A stretch of 64,000 bases of DNA from Antedon mediterranea (lineage: Eukaryota > Animalia > Echinodermata). A model generated the notes under the pieces. The model had not been told where the DNA came from. It did not search any database and saw only the letters and a program-made list of their open reading frames with translations. The translations under genes were made by a program, and so were the position numbers. This document shows positions 25,814 through 39,300 of this stretch, piece by piece. Every line of letters begins with the position of its first letter. The stretch's first letter is position 1. The DNA lies in contig NC_092679.1 in the NCBI RefSeq assembly GCF_964355755.1, positions 2,324,201-2,388,200 on the forward strand, in the 5' to 3' direction.

Positions 25814-27847
25814 ATGGGGTTAGGGGTCTTTCTATCTACAGTAATTCTCCTTGTACTAATTTTCCCTGGCAGTGAAACACAAAAAGAATCTGAACAAAAA
25901 ATGATTTTCCGAACTATAAGAAATAAGCTGGTAAGTAATTCAATGCAACATATTTGCTAATATTGTATATTGAGTTAAATTCTTGGTTAGAAAAAGGATG
26001 GGAAGGATTAGGGTGGATTTTGTCAAAACCTGTTCTCAAAACAGCATGTATGTATTAAACACTTCCTAGTTTTGGAAGTTAAATAGGGGTGACCTCTCAC
26101 GAATTTAACTCAATATACAATATTAGCTATGTTGCAAATAAGCACTCATTAGAGCCCCCTTCTCACAGTCATGCATGCAAAACAGTTCATAGACTGATAT
26201 AACCATTACAGTATATAGTTTCCCTGAATTGTATATTTTTTGTAGAAGTGGCTGCACCCCCCCCCCCCCCACCCCACCATTTGGTGAGGGGGCAGGTAAA
26301 TGGGTTTCACCTTAAGTTATTACCGAGCGAGAGTTGATTCCATTTTTATTTAATTGCCATGATTCAAATTCTTGTATGTGGGCTTGTAAGTTAATATTTA
26401 TTATTTCAAACACATAAAATATACATGTAAAATTTAACATAAATTTATCTTTTTTTTTTCACAACGATCACCTGTAATTCGCCAAAGTGATGAATTAAAT
26501 TCTAGTAGTTGTATTTGTTATTCTAACATCTGATTTATCCTTTTTATCTTTCCTATTTTAGAATGCAATGCGTTCGGTCATTTCAATTTCGATGATTTTA
26601 CTTGATTTATTCTGTCACAACACTGAAGCAGGGCGGAGAATATTTATTTCGTATGAGAACACCTATCGTCAGTTAGCTGGTGTTGGAGAAGATTTTGAAT
26701 TTAATCGTAATTTCGCGTTTAATGTAAGCATTAAGTATATTTTATTTTGTATAATTTTCGAATAGTAGGCCTATTAATAGAAAGGTGAAACAATTTAGTT
26801 GAATACGTATGTATTGTAACAAACAATATTTGTTTACAGATTCTACCAAATACAATTTATGACCGCACAGATGCAGTACTCTTGTGTTTTGAAGAAATTG
26901 AAGTTTTTCTGAGAAGAACTGCAGCCAGGCCACCGCACCCATTACAAAACAGAGCTCCTGTAAGTGAATCACTAATCTTGGTAATATGCGGTTTATGGGG
27001 TTTTCTCTTTGTAATGCACATGACATCATTTAGTTTCAGTCAATCTATATATGCAGTATCACGATCGTGACTTTTTCAATTCAAAGCAACATTTATTTAC
27101 TCTTTTCGTATAACAAAATTGATTACAATGTACAATATATAAAAAAAGATTTTAGAAAGAAGAAGGTACAAGCCCAGAAAGATGAAAAACATTTACTAAC
27201 ACAGACAATTAAAAAAAAAAAATAATAAATAAATATAAAATAAATAATTGACAAAAGAATAGTTAATATTTGGAAATAAGGTGACTTTTAAGTTTAGATA
27301 AAAATTATTTAATGGAAACAGAGTTTAAGATGGGGAGTGGCAGATCGTTCCAAAAAGTGGGTCCGGAATACCTAATGTTGTGTTGAAAGTGGTTGGTTTT
27401 ATGGGTTGGAATATGTAATTTTGAACTAATACGGGTATGATGATAATGAATTACAGAATTAGGAGTGAACATGTAGCAAAGATGTTTAAGAAGGTTAGAA
27501 TTAATAGAAGAAAAGATGAAAGAGCCTTGTTGGGTTAGATTGATACCAAGGACTTTGAGAAGATGAAGCTTAGAAAAAAGATGAGATTAATGAGACAGGG
27601 GTGGGGCGCCAGATATAACCCTGATGGCCTTTTTTTGAAGAGTTTGAAGTTTTTTAATATTGGAAGGATAAGAGTTGCACCAGACAATATTGCAATAGTT
27701 TAAGATAAGGCAGTAACGCATATCATCATATGAGTGACCCAGTTGATTATAACAACAAACTTCTTGTTTCTCAATCTGCAGACGTCCTGCAGCCCTTCAA
27801 AAATGTTTCAAGGCCCAAATTTTAGTACAGGAACACTAGCAATTTAA
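25814..27847 (+). CDS. Orphan putative secreted protein, ~154 aa, four exons with phase-0 introns
   Basis: Exons 25814-25930 (MGLGVFLSTVILLVLIFPGSETQKESEQKMIFRTIRNKL|gtaagt), 26562-26723 (|gtaagc), 26840-26959 (|gtaagt), 27782-27847 (TAA; least certain); canonical splice sites, open frame, N-terminal hydrophobic signal peptide, AATAAA at 27945. Confidence 0.6.
25944..26136. mobile_element. Small hairpin MITE-like element in intron 1 of the orphan gene
   Basis: Perfect 27-bp inverted repeat GCTAATATTGTATATTGAGTTAAATTC (25956-25982) / 26101-26127, extending to TGCAACATA. Confidence 0.6.
27076..27710 (-). mobile_element. 3' fragment of an L2/CR1-group LINE
   Basis: Minus strand reads NYCNIVWCNSYPSNIKKLQTLQKKAIRVIS (post-RT motif) and a later FSIRYSGPTFWNDLP-like segment; AATAAA plus TTGAA tail. 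Confidence 0.75.
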
Positions 27848-29066
27848 CCCTTTTACTATAGATAGTGATTTTTCTGTATGGAGCTGTATTGATGGCTTAT
27901 TAACAATAAGTTATGTTTAAATATGCTAATACATATTATATGCTAATAAAACCAAAGTTTAGTATACAACTTGTGCTCATTTAAGCATAACCCATTCTTC
28001 AACATTTTACAATTGGCATCATCTCAACTTTGACATCCAAAGAAATGCGCAACATTGAGGTTACTTTTGATCCTTATGGAGTATCACATAGGCCTACAAA
28101 CACTTGCAAATATGTAAGGTATCATTTCCACAGCATCCTCAACAAAGATGCTACTTCAAACATGTTCATGCATATTCAGTAGTTGCATTGACTTGTGATT
28201 ACTGCAACCTCTTGGTCTGCCAATGAAACTCAACAAAGTACAACTTCAGTTAGATTTAACAGCCAGACTACCTTACTCAAAACATAGAGATATTATAGTT
28301 AACAGTACTATAATATGCTCAAAAGCATGAGAAAATACATATAACTCCAAAGTTTGCATTATCTCCATTGCTGAGAATTTTGAGTAGCTACAGTGCTACA
28401 CCACATTTGGCGCTTTATAATTCACGATATTATTATTATTATTTCAGCTAAAGCTTAAAATTGATTTATTATAAAGGAAAACATTTTTGTTTTTGTCTTT
28501 TTAGAATTAAATGAAGATGAAGATGTTACCCAGAGGAAGAAGAGTTAAGAATTGCCAGTTCAACATGTGACAAACTACACATTTTAATAGTTAACAGTTA
28601 AAAAACTTGGATGTCAGTTTCAGAAATTTTAATTGTTGACTTCGTACATATATACAATATATATCTATGTTATAAGAGAGATAGTTTGTACATTCGTGTC
28701 AACTTAAGTCGACCTCTAATTGTTTTATGAAAAGCAGGGATGGGATGTTTAATATTTCCCCATTCTTTAAAAATTAAAAAAAAATTTACAAATGTGATTT
28801 CACTGTTATATGGCACCTTTTTAAAATGTAAAATACTTACTAATATTATTACTATCTATATATCTAATATGTTTGTATGACGTCATAGTTGTTAGTTCCC
28901 AGAATGCTTTATGAAAAAAAGTTACTCGACTCCATCTTGATCTCTAAAGTAGTTTGTTGTGTTATTTCTTTCGCAACTAATAATCGCATTATTATTATTA
29001 ATGACGATGATGCTGATAATTTCATTGAGTTTGTTCATTATCTAGGTAAAATTCAAATGATTATTA

Positions 29067-29345
29067 ATGACTTTTACAGCAACAAAGTTGTTAATATTGA
29101 ACATGGACGTTCCTTCCTTTAATGAGTACATGCGAAAATCCACCTATGGTTTCATGCAACGTATGTTGAATAGTGGTAACATCCTTGTTGCTTGTGTTTG
29201 CAAACATATGCTCCAAAACTCCAAAATGTATTGTAGATGGAGAAGCATTCTATATACTTAAGTTTAGAGTTTACGATTTTTATTTTTATGTTTATAAGTT
29301 TATTAATATGGATGATATTTCCAAAATAAAAAAGAAATTAAAAAA
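29067..29345 (+). mobile_element. 3' fragment of a non-LTR retrotransposon ORF2
   Basis: VPSFNEYMRKSTYGFMQRMLNSGNILV...WRSILY resembles a LINE ORF2 C-terminus; AATAAA and A-rich tail follow. Confidence 0.55.
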
Positions 29346-30777
29346 AAAATTATTAACATCACAATTGTTGGTTGGTATAATCTTGGGAAGTCACAGGATA
29401 AATTAAAGGAGTTACCCTTGATTTCTCACTATGTCTGAGGTCCAGGCACTGAAGCAATTTAAGGCACCGCACAAATAATATTATATGTCAACTATAAAAA
29501 AAATGACTGTGGCTTGGGCAATTAAAGCCTTAATTTCTGTTTATCTCTCTGACAATACTTGATGTAAGATGGTGTATTTCAACAAGTGTACTCATTCGCA
29601 CCAGAGCACTAATCTACTTCTAAGTATAAGTAGAAGTTGGAGAAGTAAAGTGCTTCTCAGTTTGTCTTCTGATTATTTTATTGTTGCTACCAAATCCCAG
29701 GTCATAAGAGTAGTAATGATTTTTACCTTTTAGACCTTAAAACCTATACCTAGGTTTTTTCGACCTAATTTAAGGTCACAGTACATTATGTAAATATACA
29801 GTAAATACTATATGGACCTATTGCTTTAAACGGTTAAAAATGTAAAAAAGTCGATTCTAATAATTTAAAGTGGAGTGTACGTCACTAAGGACTTTTCTTT
29901 CTGTAATTTACTTCAGTATTAGAACGTCACACATGTATTCCCGTCTCATCATCCCGATCGAACGATACGATTGTTATTGTTAATATTGAATTTTGATGTG
30001 TCATACTGTAACTATGCGCGGGTCTCTCCTCTGGTGAAACCTAATGAGATGATTCAGTGAAAAATAAACCACACTTTGTTCTTTAATTTCCCGTAGTTTC
30101 TGTGTTATTATTTCTGTATATTCCCGAGCTCTAAATCCAGGTTCCAATGGAATCAACACCATTTCATTTCACAATATTTAGTTGACCAACAACCATAAGT
30201 GTAAAATATACAGAAATTAATTGGTCAGGTACTGCTAAAGTAAATTAGATTACTATAACTACAAGAGTCTGCAAATAATATGCACTAATGATTGATTGCA
30301 GTTCTCTGAATTTATACCTTGTCCCCTAATCCCCTGTTTTTGTCTACATCCATCGATAGACATTGCTTTTAAATATAAATGTAAAACAATCAAACAAGAA
30401 CCGTGTGAATTGTGATGTTTATTCAACAAGCAAACACAATTTTACATTTACATTACATTCAACAAATTTATTTAGGCCTTTTTAAAAAAAATGAAGATTT
30501 TGAATGATAATTTGTCTTAATAAATTAGATTCAACAATTATTTTGGCAATGGTAAATATTTATGATTGTCGCAAACACAATCAAAACTATTGTGTGGAGT
30601 TGGAACCGAATCAAAAAATATATTGAATTGACTCTATCATGGTAACAAAAATGTATCTACGATAACATATTAGGTGGCGCTATTTAAGCTATGATTTCAT
30701 TTTTATCAAAAAATCAAAATATTCTCAAAACTAAACGTGCCTTCTGGGCCTACGTAGATTTGGTATGGAAAAACAAA

Positions 30778-33263
30778 ATGGATCCGTCGGTGCAGGGTTC
30801 TGAAATTGTTCCGTCAACATCTTTATCTTATGAAGAAACGAACGACACAGATGACAACAAAGTATTAGAACAACTAAATTTACTATCATTACCTACAGAA
30901 GTTGTGGAGATTATTTTGTCGAATTGTTCGTACTCAGAAATTAGTGAAAAACGTCTAGTAAGTTGTGATTAAGTTTAGCTTTTTTAGGCCTAGCTAGGTG
31001 GCTTGTAGGCTACTGACACTGCAATGTTGTGTTGTATGTCCGTGTGCCCCGATGGTCTGTTCCCCTGTATTTTCGCCAAAGCATAGGCCTAGGATCTTAA
31101 TTTTTGAAATAATTAATACAAGTGTGTGTGTTTAAATAATTTAATTTTGATGAATAAATTAATAATAATTATATTTTAGTAACAATTTATTAATATCAAA
31201 TTAATAATATGTATATTTTTTTAGGATTTTTTTTCTTCATTTTTCAGGTATGCAAGTTTTTCAATCAAGTTTGTCAAAATGTATTAAACCAAGGTTTACA
31301 TCAGGTTATGCGATACCACAACCAATGCTCGCGTAAACTAAAGGCATTGCTCCCCCGACGCGAATCGGAGCGGCGCAACCATGCGCTTTCACGACACTGT
31401 GACATTCTGTCAGCTATTGAAACAAGAATGTCATTGTTATCAATGACCTACTCTAAGTACATTGACCTCCGTCTATGTTGCTTCATTCCAGGAAAGGTAA
31501 ATAACGTGACCTCACATCAAAAAAGTATGAAACGCAAAAAGTGCAAACTGCAAACGAAGCGAATGGATAAAAATACTATAAAATATTTACTTCCCATTTT
31601 TTAAAAAGAAATAGTTGTCCAAGAAGACTTTAAAATGAATGATATTAGACAATAAATATCAAAAATAATAAAAAATAAGTTTACCATCCAACTTATCTTA
31701 TTCTTATTTATTCTTAAATTGAAAACTACCTCCTCCCTATTACAAAGACCTTCCTTACAGAGTGCCCAGTACACAACTCAAATAACATAAGTTTTCACAG
31801 TAATCTCATCTTAAAATAATCAAAATTAATTAATTAGAGAGTTCTCTTTTTAGATACAAAATATAAAAATTAATAGAATTTAACTAAAAAACATCTCTCA
31901 CGACGCTTGATTGTTTCATTTCTATATTCAGTATATAAATAAAAATAGGAATTTTCCAAAGCGATCAGAATTGTTGTTTATATTAATTTGGGCATTAAAT
32001 AAAAGTTGCTTGGCATTTCCTTCTCCATTTACTCCTTTATGTTTCATCAAATTTTCTTAAATCACAAATATTTTTCTTAAAGGTAATCGATGAAGTCTAT
32101 TATGTGTTACGATATTTACAATCAACCGAGTCGCCCCCTAGAGCCCATGAGCTTCTTCAAGAACTCCGGGATATCTCGTCAATGGCGATGGAACATTTTG
32201 ATGAAAAAATTGTTCCCGGTCTGAAGAAGTCACTCCTGCCACGCGAATCACCGGTGCAAACTTTTAGTAGCTCAGGTAAGTTATATAGTGTAGCTTAAAG
32301 AACGGCATACTGTAGTAGGGTTTTTGCAGGAGAACTTTAACGCTATTTCCCAACATGCAACACGCAAGCTCTGCCCACTTTGTAAACAAATACATCTGCG
32401 CGTGCTGCACAAGCATTACAAACAACTTTAGGTGCTTTAGCTATGTTTGTCGAAAACCTTATTTCTAAAAAATAGCATCAATGAAAAACGTTAACCGAAG
32501 GGTAACGAAACATGGAAAAATCATTACAAAACAAAAATGTTTTTAATTAAGTCAAACAATAAGAATTGTTCATCGAAATTTTCTATTTATCAGCCAATAT
32601 GCATGATTAAACAAGCCTAGCTAGCCCCAGTATCTAGGCCCGATGTATTCCATGATTTGTTATAATATGAACGTCGGAATTATTGTTCATTCCTGATGAT
32701 GATCAAATAAAGATCGAAACGTCATGGCTTGCCTCTCATATAACACTATTCAATGTTATTTAAACATAATCAGTGCATCTATTGGTTTTGATGTTTAACA
32801 TTATACATTATATCCTTGTTTAGGAGTGCGAATGACAGGAGATAGCAATTCATCTGACATAGGTGTCGACCGTTACCAACAATCTATACATAAAATTCAG
32901 TCGAAACAAAGGTACACCATGACAAGCGTTGTTATGCTAAAGAAAGAACTACAAAACTGTAAAACTCAACTTGCGGAGGAACGACGCAAGGTCGAAGAAC
33001 AGGGTCGTACGGTAGCCCAACAGGGTCTCCTTATAGCGGAGTTATCAACGGCAAATGGCGTCTTAGAACGCAAACTTTTAGAGCAACAGAGTAAACAGGT
33101 GCAATACGATCAAATGTTTGAGGATTTGTCAGCAAAAGTGGCCATGTTGGATGAAAGGACTGGCGACAATAAAGATACGTGCAGTAGAAAACGAACTCAT
33201 AGAGAAGTTCAGAGTACTAGCTCAAAGTCAGACATGTTTGCAAAGAAGATCAGAAAAAAATGA
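30778..33263 (+). CDS. FBXO28: F-box only protein 28, ~353 aa
   Basis: Exons 30778-30957, 31248-31496, 32083-32275, 32824-33263 (1062 nt). F-box LLSLPTEVVEIILSN and FBXO28 signature LPRRESERRNHALSRHCDILSAIETRMSLLSMTY...CCFIPGKVIDE...RAHELLQELRDISSMAMEHFDEKIVP, C-terminal coiled coil. Confidence 0.93.
32670..32723 (+). ncRNA. Hammerhead ribozyme-like motif (Penelope-like element remnant)
   Basis: CTGATGA (32693-32699), extra T, stem II GATC-aaataaa-GATC, GAAAC-GTC; upstream ACGTC-GGAAT...ATTC; downstream sequence recurs at ~34698-34775. Confidence 0.5.
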
Positions 33264-36200
33264 TCGTAGGAAAACAGAACGGAAATATTCTTTCATTTTG
33301 AATGGTATAATTTATAATATATTATAAAATATCAGCCTTTGTAACAACATTAAAGATGTATTGTTCCCCAAAAACATGAAAAATTAAGATTCTACAAAAT
33401 TGGACAAACATTTTTTTTTTTCAGGGGGATAATATATCTTTAATAATAACCCCACTTATTTTTTATCGGCGGTAAAGCAGAATAAATAAGTAAGTAATAC
33501 TTTAATAAAAGTAAACATTTTAATTAAATAATGATATTAAATTATTTATGTCTATCAACAACGTCCCACTTAGAAAGCAGAGCCCTTAAATATTAAGTAT
33601 TCAACTTAACATAACAAATATTTTTATTTGTATTTCCCTTCAATTGTATTCAAATTTTCCTAATAGCTTAAGTGTGAATGGTGAATACGGCCACGTCATG
33701 TTTATTCTTTGACTTTATTATTTATTATTACAATGTATTGTATTTAAAACAATTATTTGTTTTTAAGAAAACAATTTGAACTATGATGAGTCTAGAAATT
33801 TAAACAAAATGTAAATATCATGTATAGAATATTGGTCACATAGCAATCATTGAGTTGCTTTTTATAGTACTGTATGTTATATTTTTTTTAGGAAAAGTTC
33901 CTTGATGGAAATCAGGATCAGAAAGAAGTGTTGTGTCCTCTAAAGCTCTGTCTACACTATCAAAGTAGTTTGACAAAAAAAGTGTGATGTGCCCAAATAT
34001 AGTAGTGATATACACAAATATGGTAGTGATATGACATCATCATTCCCATATATGGGCACATCAAGTTGTTTTGTCACATAACGTTTGATAGTGTAGACAG
34101 AGATTAAGAATGTTGCATGTTCTCCTAAATTGAACTAATCACTTAAGTAGCTTATAATTTAGGTTGTATGATGTCATAATCAGATCAGATTCATAAACTA
34201 AACATTTAAAAAAATTGTATTTTTATTTGTTCATTGGTAAACCATATGATGGTTGTATCATATTAACTAAATATAAAATAGGCATGGGTTCAAACTTGTG
34301 ATGTGCCCATATATGGACATGATGATGTCATATCACTACCATATTTGGGCACATCACACATTTTTGTCAAACTAGCTTGATAAATGATAGTGTAGACAGA
34401 GCTTAAGGCTCGCCTTATTTATAGATCTGGTGGTAGAAAAAATCTTCTTGGATAAGAACTTAAAACTGGAGGTCCAGCAAACACACCTAGCTTAATGTGC
34501 ACTTTAAAGAACCCAGGTATGGCACTCCTTCCGTAAATTATCCTGCCTTCAAAGATACCCATAGTCTACACGATTTCCAAAATCATCTTCATTTTCAGTT
34601 ATGCTGTAGTATTTTTGGGATGTGATGTGATGAAAACTAAGATACCTTATATCTAGATCTGATGATGGGTGTCTAAAAACTAAGATCAGAAGACTGGATC
34701 ATGGCTTGCCTCTCGTTATATGAAGTTACTTTTATGCTATGTTATTTAAAAATAATCAGTGCATCTATTGGTTTCTAGAAGTCTAAGACAACTTAGTTTT
34801 CTAGAAAAGAAAGACAGGTTTTAGTATTTTTGTTGTTTAGATTGTTGTTTTTGTTGGTGCTGTAAAGATGATGATTTAACTGTATATACAACTGTACTTA
34901 TATTTTTCAAATCAAATATTTTACCTCATCATATGATCTTTGTTTTTGTATTTATATTTAGCATTTGAAACTTGTTTCAAATGCTAATCTCTTGTGTATC
35001 ATATCTATTTTTAGATTTTTTTTCTGTAACTTTCATAGTTGAAAGTTTAAAATGAAAGCTGTACTTGGATACTTGTATATGACCGTGTATAATCCCATCC
35101 ACTTCTTAAGGTTAAATTTAGACACAAGATTTTGCTAAATACATTGTTAATAACAACCTACTGTAGTGTAAATCAACACAACCTAATTTTGTACCCAGGT
35201 CACAGCCAGGGACTGACATTCGATCAGAATATACAGTTTGTATGTACAGCACTTGGAGGTATCAAAACATTAGGTGCTAAATTCAGGATATTATTATTAT
35301 TTATATAGCTATTTGGGAGAATGATATACTGTGGTTCTTGGTATAATGTGAAATTGGTAGGAACGTAAAACATTATAGTCCTAAAAAAAGTTATGGCAAG
35401 AGCGTATCCAATTGATCTCTGTTGTGCATGCGTACAACTCGTGTTGTTCCACTGTACTATGCCGGGGGTGTTATGGAGTCGCTATCCAAATTTGAAACAC
35501 ACCATGAAAAGCTAATAAGGTCTAATGGTAGGATTCCTGCATTACAAGCAGAAGATTCCAGGCTCGAATCTTGGCTGTGTATCTTCTCATTCTCACAATT
35601 ATCCTCATTTTCACTGTTTATAAATTAAGTAATACCCAGTATGGAGTTTCTCTATGCCTGTAAATTTATGTATAAAAACATGTGATGTGCCCATTTATGG
35701 ACATGATGTCATATCACTACCATATTTGGGCACATCACACATTGTCAAACTAGTTTGATAGTGTGGACAGAGCTCAAGTATTATTACAGGGTGATGTACA
35801 GTATCTTCTTCACAATGTGTGACTGACAACTGCTGTGTGACTGACAACTGCTGTGTGCAAAGAATGTCTCTTGAAATGACAATGAAAACATTTTCAAATA
35901 AAAGAAAGAAGAATAAGAAAAAAAATTATGAAGCTTTGATTTTATTTTTTTAATTTAAGTAATAATATTTAATAGTTGAAGCACCAATAGGTAATATACA
36001 ATTCAATAGAAGTATTTTATTTGAATAACAATTATATGTGTATTTTGTGAAGCATTGTGTTGTTATAGCAAAACATTTGAATGTGGCAACATTACAGTGT
36101 ATTTTAAACTGAAGTTACTATTACTGTAGCAAATGTGTTTCTTATAGAAAATATAGTAGAGTATGCACTTAACTTACAATATACAATTTTCAAAGCAGTA

Positions 36201-36399
36201 AGCTAAAACCTAGAATTCGTATTAGAAAGAAAAAAACAATTTAAGTTACAAGCCCTACAGTATAACAAGCGGAAAAAATAAATCAAAACTTTTCTACAAA
36301 ATATATCACCGTCCAAAAAAGCTGGCATAAATGAGTTTTAAAATGTTATCACGGGAGTACAGTAATTATAATTCTATAAGAATGCATCTTATATTTTTA

Positions 36400-39300
36400 T
36401 TAATATCTTTGATTGATTTGGCTCTTACTGGGTTGTTTTTTGTTTTTGCGTCTCTGTAAAGCTAAAAGCCTCTTTTGTTCGATTTGTTCTTGGCTGCATT
36501 GTGGATTGTTGTTGTTGTTGTTGGTAGCTGCTAAATCTGCAATGAATGAATACAATGGCTATTAGGAAGAACAGGGTAAAGAACAGGAAGTTACAATAAA
36601 CAATATCTAATGCTGGTTCACTCAAGATCCAAGTTATATTATCTTTTGAGTTATATTGTTAATTAATAGCCCAATGACCTTTAACCTTTAACCCTCCCAC
36701 CACCTAGTGCAATGTTTTCCTGTGTCTGAAAAACTAAAATTGATACTGTTAAAGGTTCAGATAGTTACAATAAACAATATTTAATGCTGGTTCACTCAAG
36801 ATCCAAGTTATATTATCTTTTGAGTTATATTGTTAATTAATAGCCCAATGACCTTTAACCTTTAACCCTCCCACCACCTAGTGCAATGTATTCCTGTGTC
36901 TGAAAAACTAAAATTGATACTGTTAAAGGTTCAGATAGTTACATTACTCAATGTTTAATGCTGGTTCACTCAAGATCCAAGTTATATTATCTTTTGGGTT
37001 GTATTGTTGATTAATAGCCAGCCCAATGACCTCTAACCTTTAACCCCTCCCACCACCTAGTGAAATGTTTCTTGTGTCTGAAAAACTGAACAATTCATTG
37101 ATTTCAAATTTATACTGTTTTTGGTTCAGAACGGCCGAAATGTTATTTTAACTTACCAAAGTTTTCAGGTTTTTGAACAGTAATTCTATTCCGGGTCATT
37201 GACCTGGTTACAGGTGAACATAGCTTCTGGAATGCTAATTGCTTGCTACCACCTGGATTAAAACCACTTGGACATTTGACATCATTTGTTGTCTTGAAAT
37301 GCTTCTCATCTGCTCGACTACTAGGTTTTATCTCAACCTGCTCACTAGACTTGAACCTAAAACATTTACGAGTTGGTACAACGCGGTTTGACCTCTGACC
37401 TGCAGGTTTATCTACCTTGGTATCTTTACAAGCAACACTATCAAATACAGAATCCAACTCGTTGTCATCCAAATCATCCCACAATTCATTGTTCTCATCA
37501 ACAACAGGAGACAAATTATTTGGGCTGACATCAATTTCTTCCGATTTTACCCGAACCGTTTTCTGAAATGTTCCATGGAGTTGTCGGGGCTTGAGTGGAA
37601 TTGTTGGAACATTGCAAACCGGTTTATTTTCAGTTTTCTCAGAAACTAAATTATTTGTCCTCTTAGGTTTAAACTTATTACTGGATACGTTTCCCCCACC
37701 TTTCATTTTCCGCGTGACAGGAGTTTTATCGCTTGGAAGATTAAGAATTATAGGTTGTATTTTCTGCGTTTTTTCATTGTTAATCTGTGAGCAGATGACT
37801 TGCTCAATTTGTGTGGCCTGTTGAAGAATTGATTCGTCTTCAAACCACTCGTCTTGACCCCAAAGTTCACTACTACCAGTACTACCATTCAAACTTCTTT
37901 TCCGGTTGATAAAATTAATGGTTTTTTCCTCATTTGGCGTTGATGTTCTACAAAATATGGATTCTGGAATTTCATGGGGTACATTGGATCTGTTAGAAGA
38001 AAATATAGATATAGAGCAATTACATTAATTTTGTCTTTAGCTACTGGAACAATCTTTCCATCATTTTAAGCCAGCTTAAAGAGCTCAGACCAATTACTAA
38101 ATTACCTTAATATTATTTTGTCTCTAGCTACTGGATCAACCTGTTTGTTTTCCATCCTTTAAGCCAACTTACAGGGCTCAGACCAATTACTAAATTACCT
38201 TAATTTCATTTTGTCTCTAGCTACTGGACTATCCTGTCTGTTCTCCATCATTTTAGCCAGCTTACAAAGCTCAGACGAAAACACATCAGACTTTAGATGA
38301 CCAATTTTACTCCTCGGTTTTCGTACTCTGCAAAATTAAACAAGATTAAGGGTGATCAGAGATATAACCTAATCATTCTTTCACAAAAACATTTATAAAT
38401 TCAACTTGGTGTAGAATGGTTTGCGGAAGTGCACTGAACTTTATTTTCGTTGTGCTGGTATTACTTACTTCACTTTACGGTGAGTACTAGATGATTTGAA
38501 ATTATCTGTAACGTCATGACCTCTTTCCATCCATAATCCAAGTAGTGGTGGTAATTTTTGCTCAACATTAACAGCATTCTAAATTTAAACGACATTGTAT
38601 TAATAATCATTTATTTTAGACTTTTGAGAACTTAAGCGCTGTCTTCACTATCCAACTAATTTGACAAAAAAATGATAGCGATATACCCAAATAATTATGG
38701 TAGTGATATTACATTGTCCATATATGGGCACATTAAATTTTTTTGTCACATAAAGTTTGATGTGTAGACAGAGCTTTATACATGACCTAAAATTTAAATG
38801 ATACACACCTCGGCTGGAACTAACTTGATGAACTGAGCGATGTCAGAAACCTCTTGTCTGCCTTGGGTTCCTTTATAAATAATAAGTAAAACAAGACATG
38901 GGATACAGTACAAATGTGATGTGCCCATATATGGACACAATGATGTCATCACTACCATATTTGTGGGCACATAACACTTTATTGAAGGACTTTCAAGAAT
39001 TGATTGATGGGTTGAACTTGGGAAATAAATTAGGGTTATCTGCCCACCGTATCAAAATTATTATTTTCATACTTAGTCGCATCGGTAGATGTTGAGTTGG
39101 AGAACAGTTGTCCCAAATAATATCTTTATCAGCATCAATACTTGAGTTGTTTGGACTTGGTGTGCCTATGAATGATGTAGCCATCGGGCTAATTGCATCT
39201 GTAAGAAAGATACATCATTCATAAATAAAAATAGTAAATAAAAAACAAAAAATCATCATCATGCATGTGGACGGCACTCCTAAGTCCTACGTACTATTCT

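Noticed and set aside
28505-28549. Exon-like ELNEDEDVTQRKKS* after a good acceptor
   Set aside because: Needs a phase-1 donor; does not fit the phase-0 orphan gene and no partner exon found
30691-30777. Upstream in-frame ATG for FBXO28
   Set aside because: AT-rich non-conserved-looking extension; AAAATGG at 30778 has the better context, though this is not proven
34655-34700. Second CTGATGA hammerhead candidate
   Set aside because: Related flank but no intact stem II-GAAA core
35510-35585. tRNA-like sequence (also 51796-51870)
   Set aside because: Stems do not close; degenerate SINE heads rather than tRNA genes
36425-36625. 66-aa ORF with poly-Q
   Set aside because: Wrong frame of the ETAA1 last exon, which reads NNNNNNPQCSQEQIEQKR
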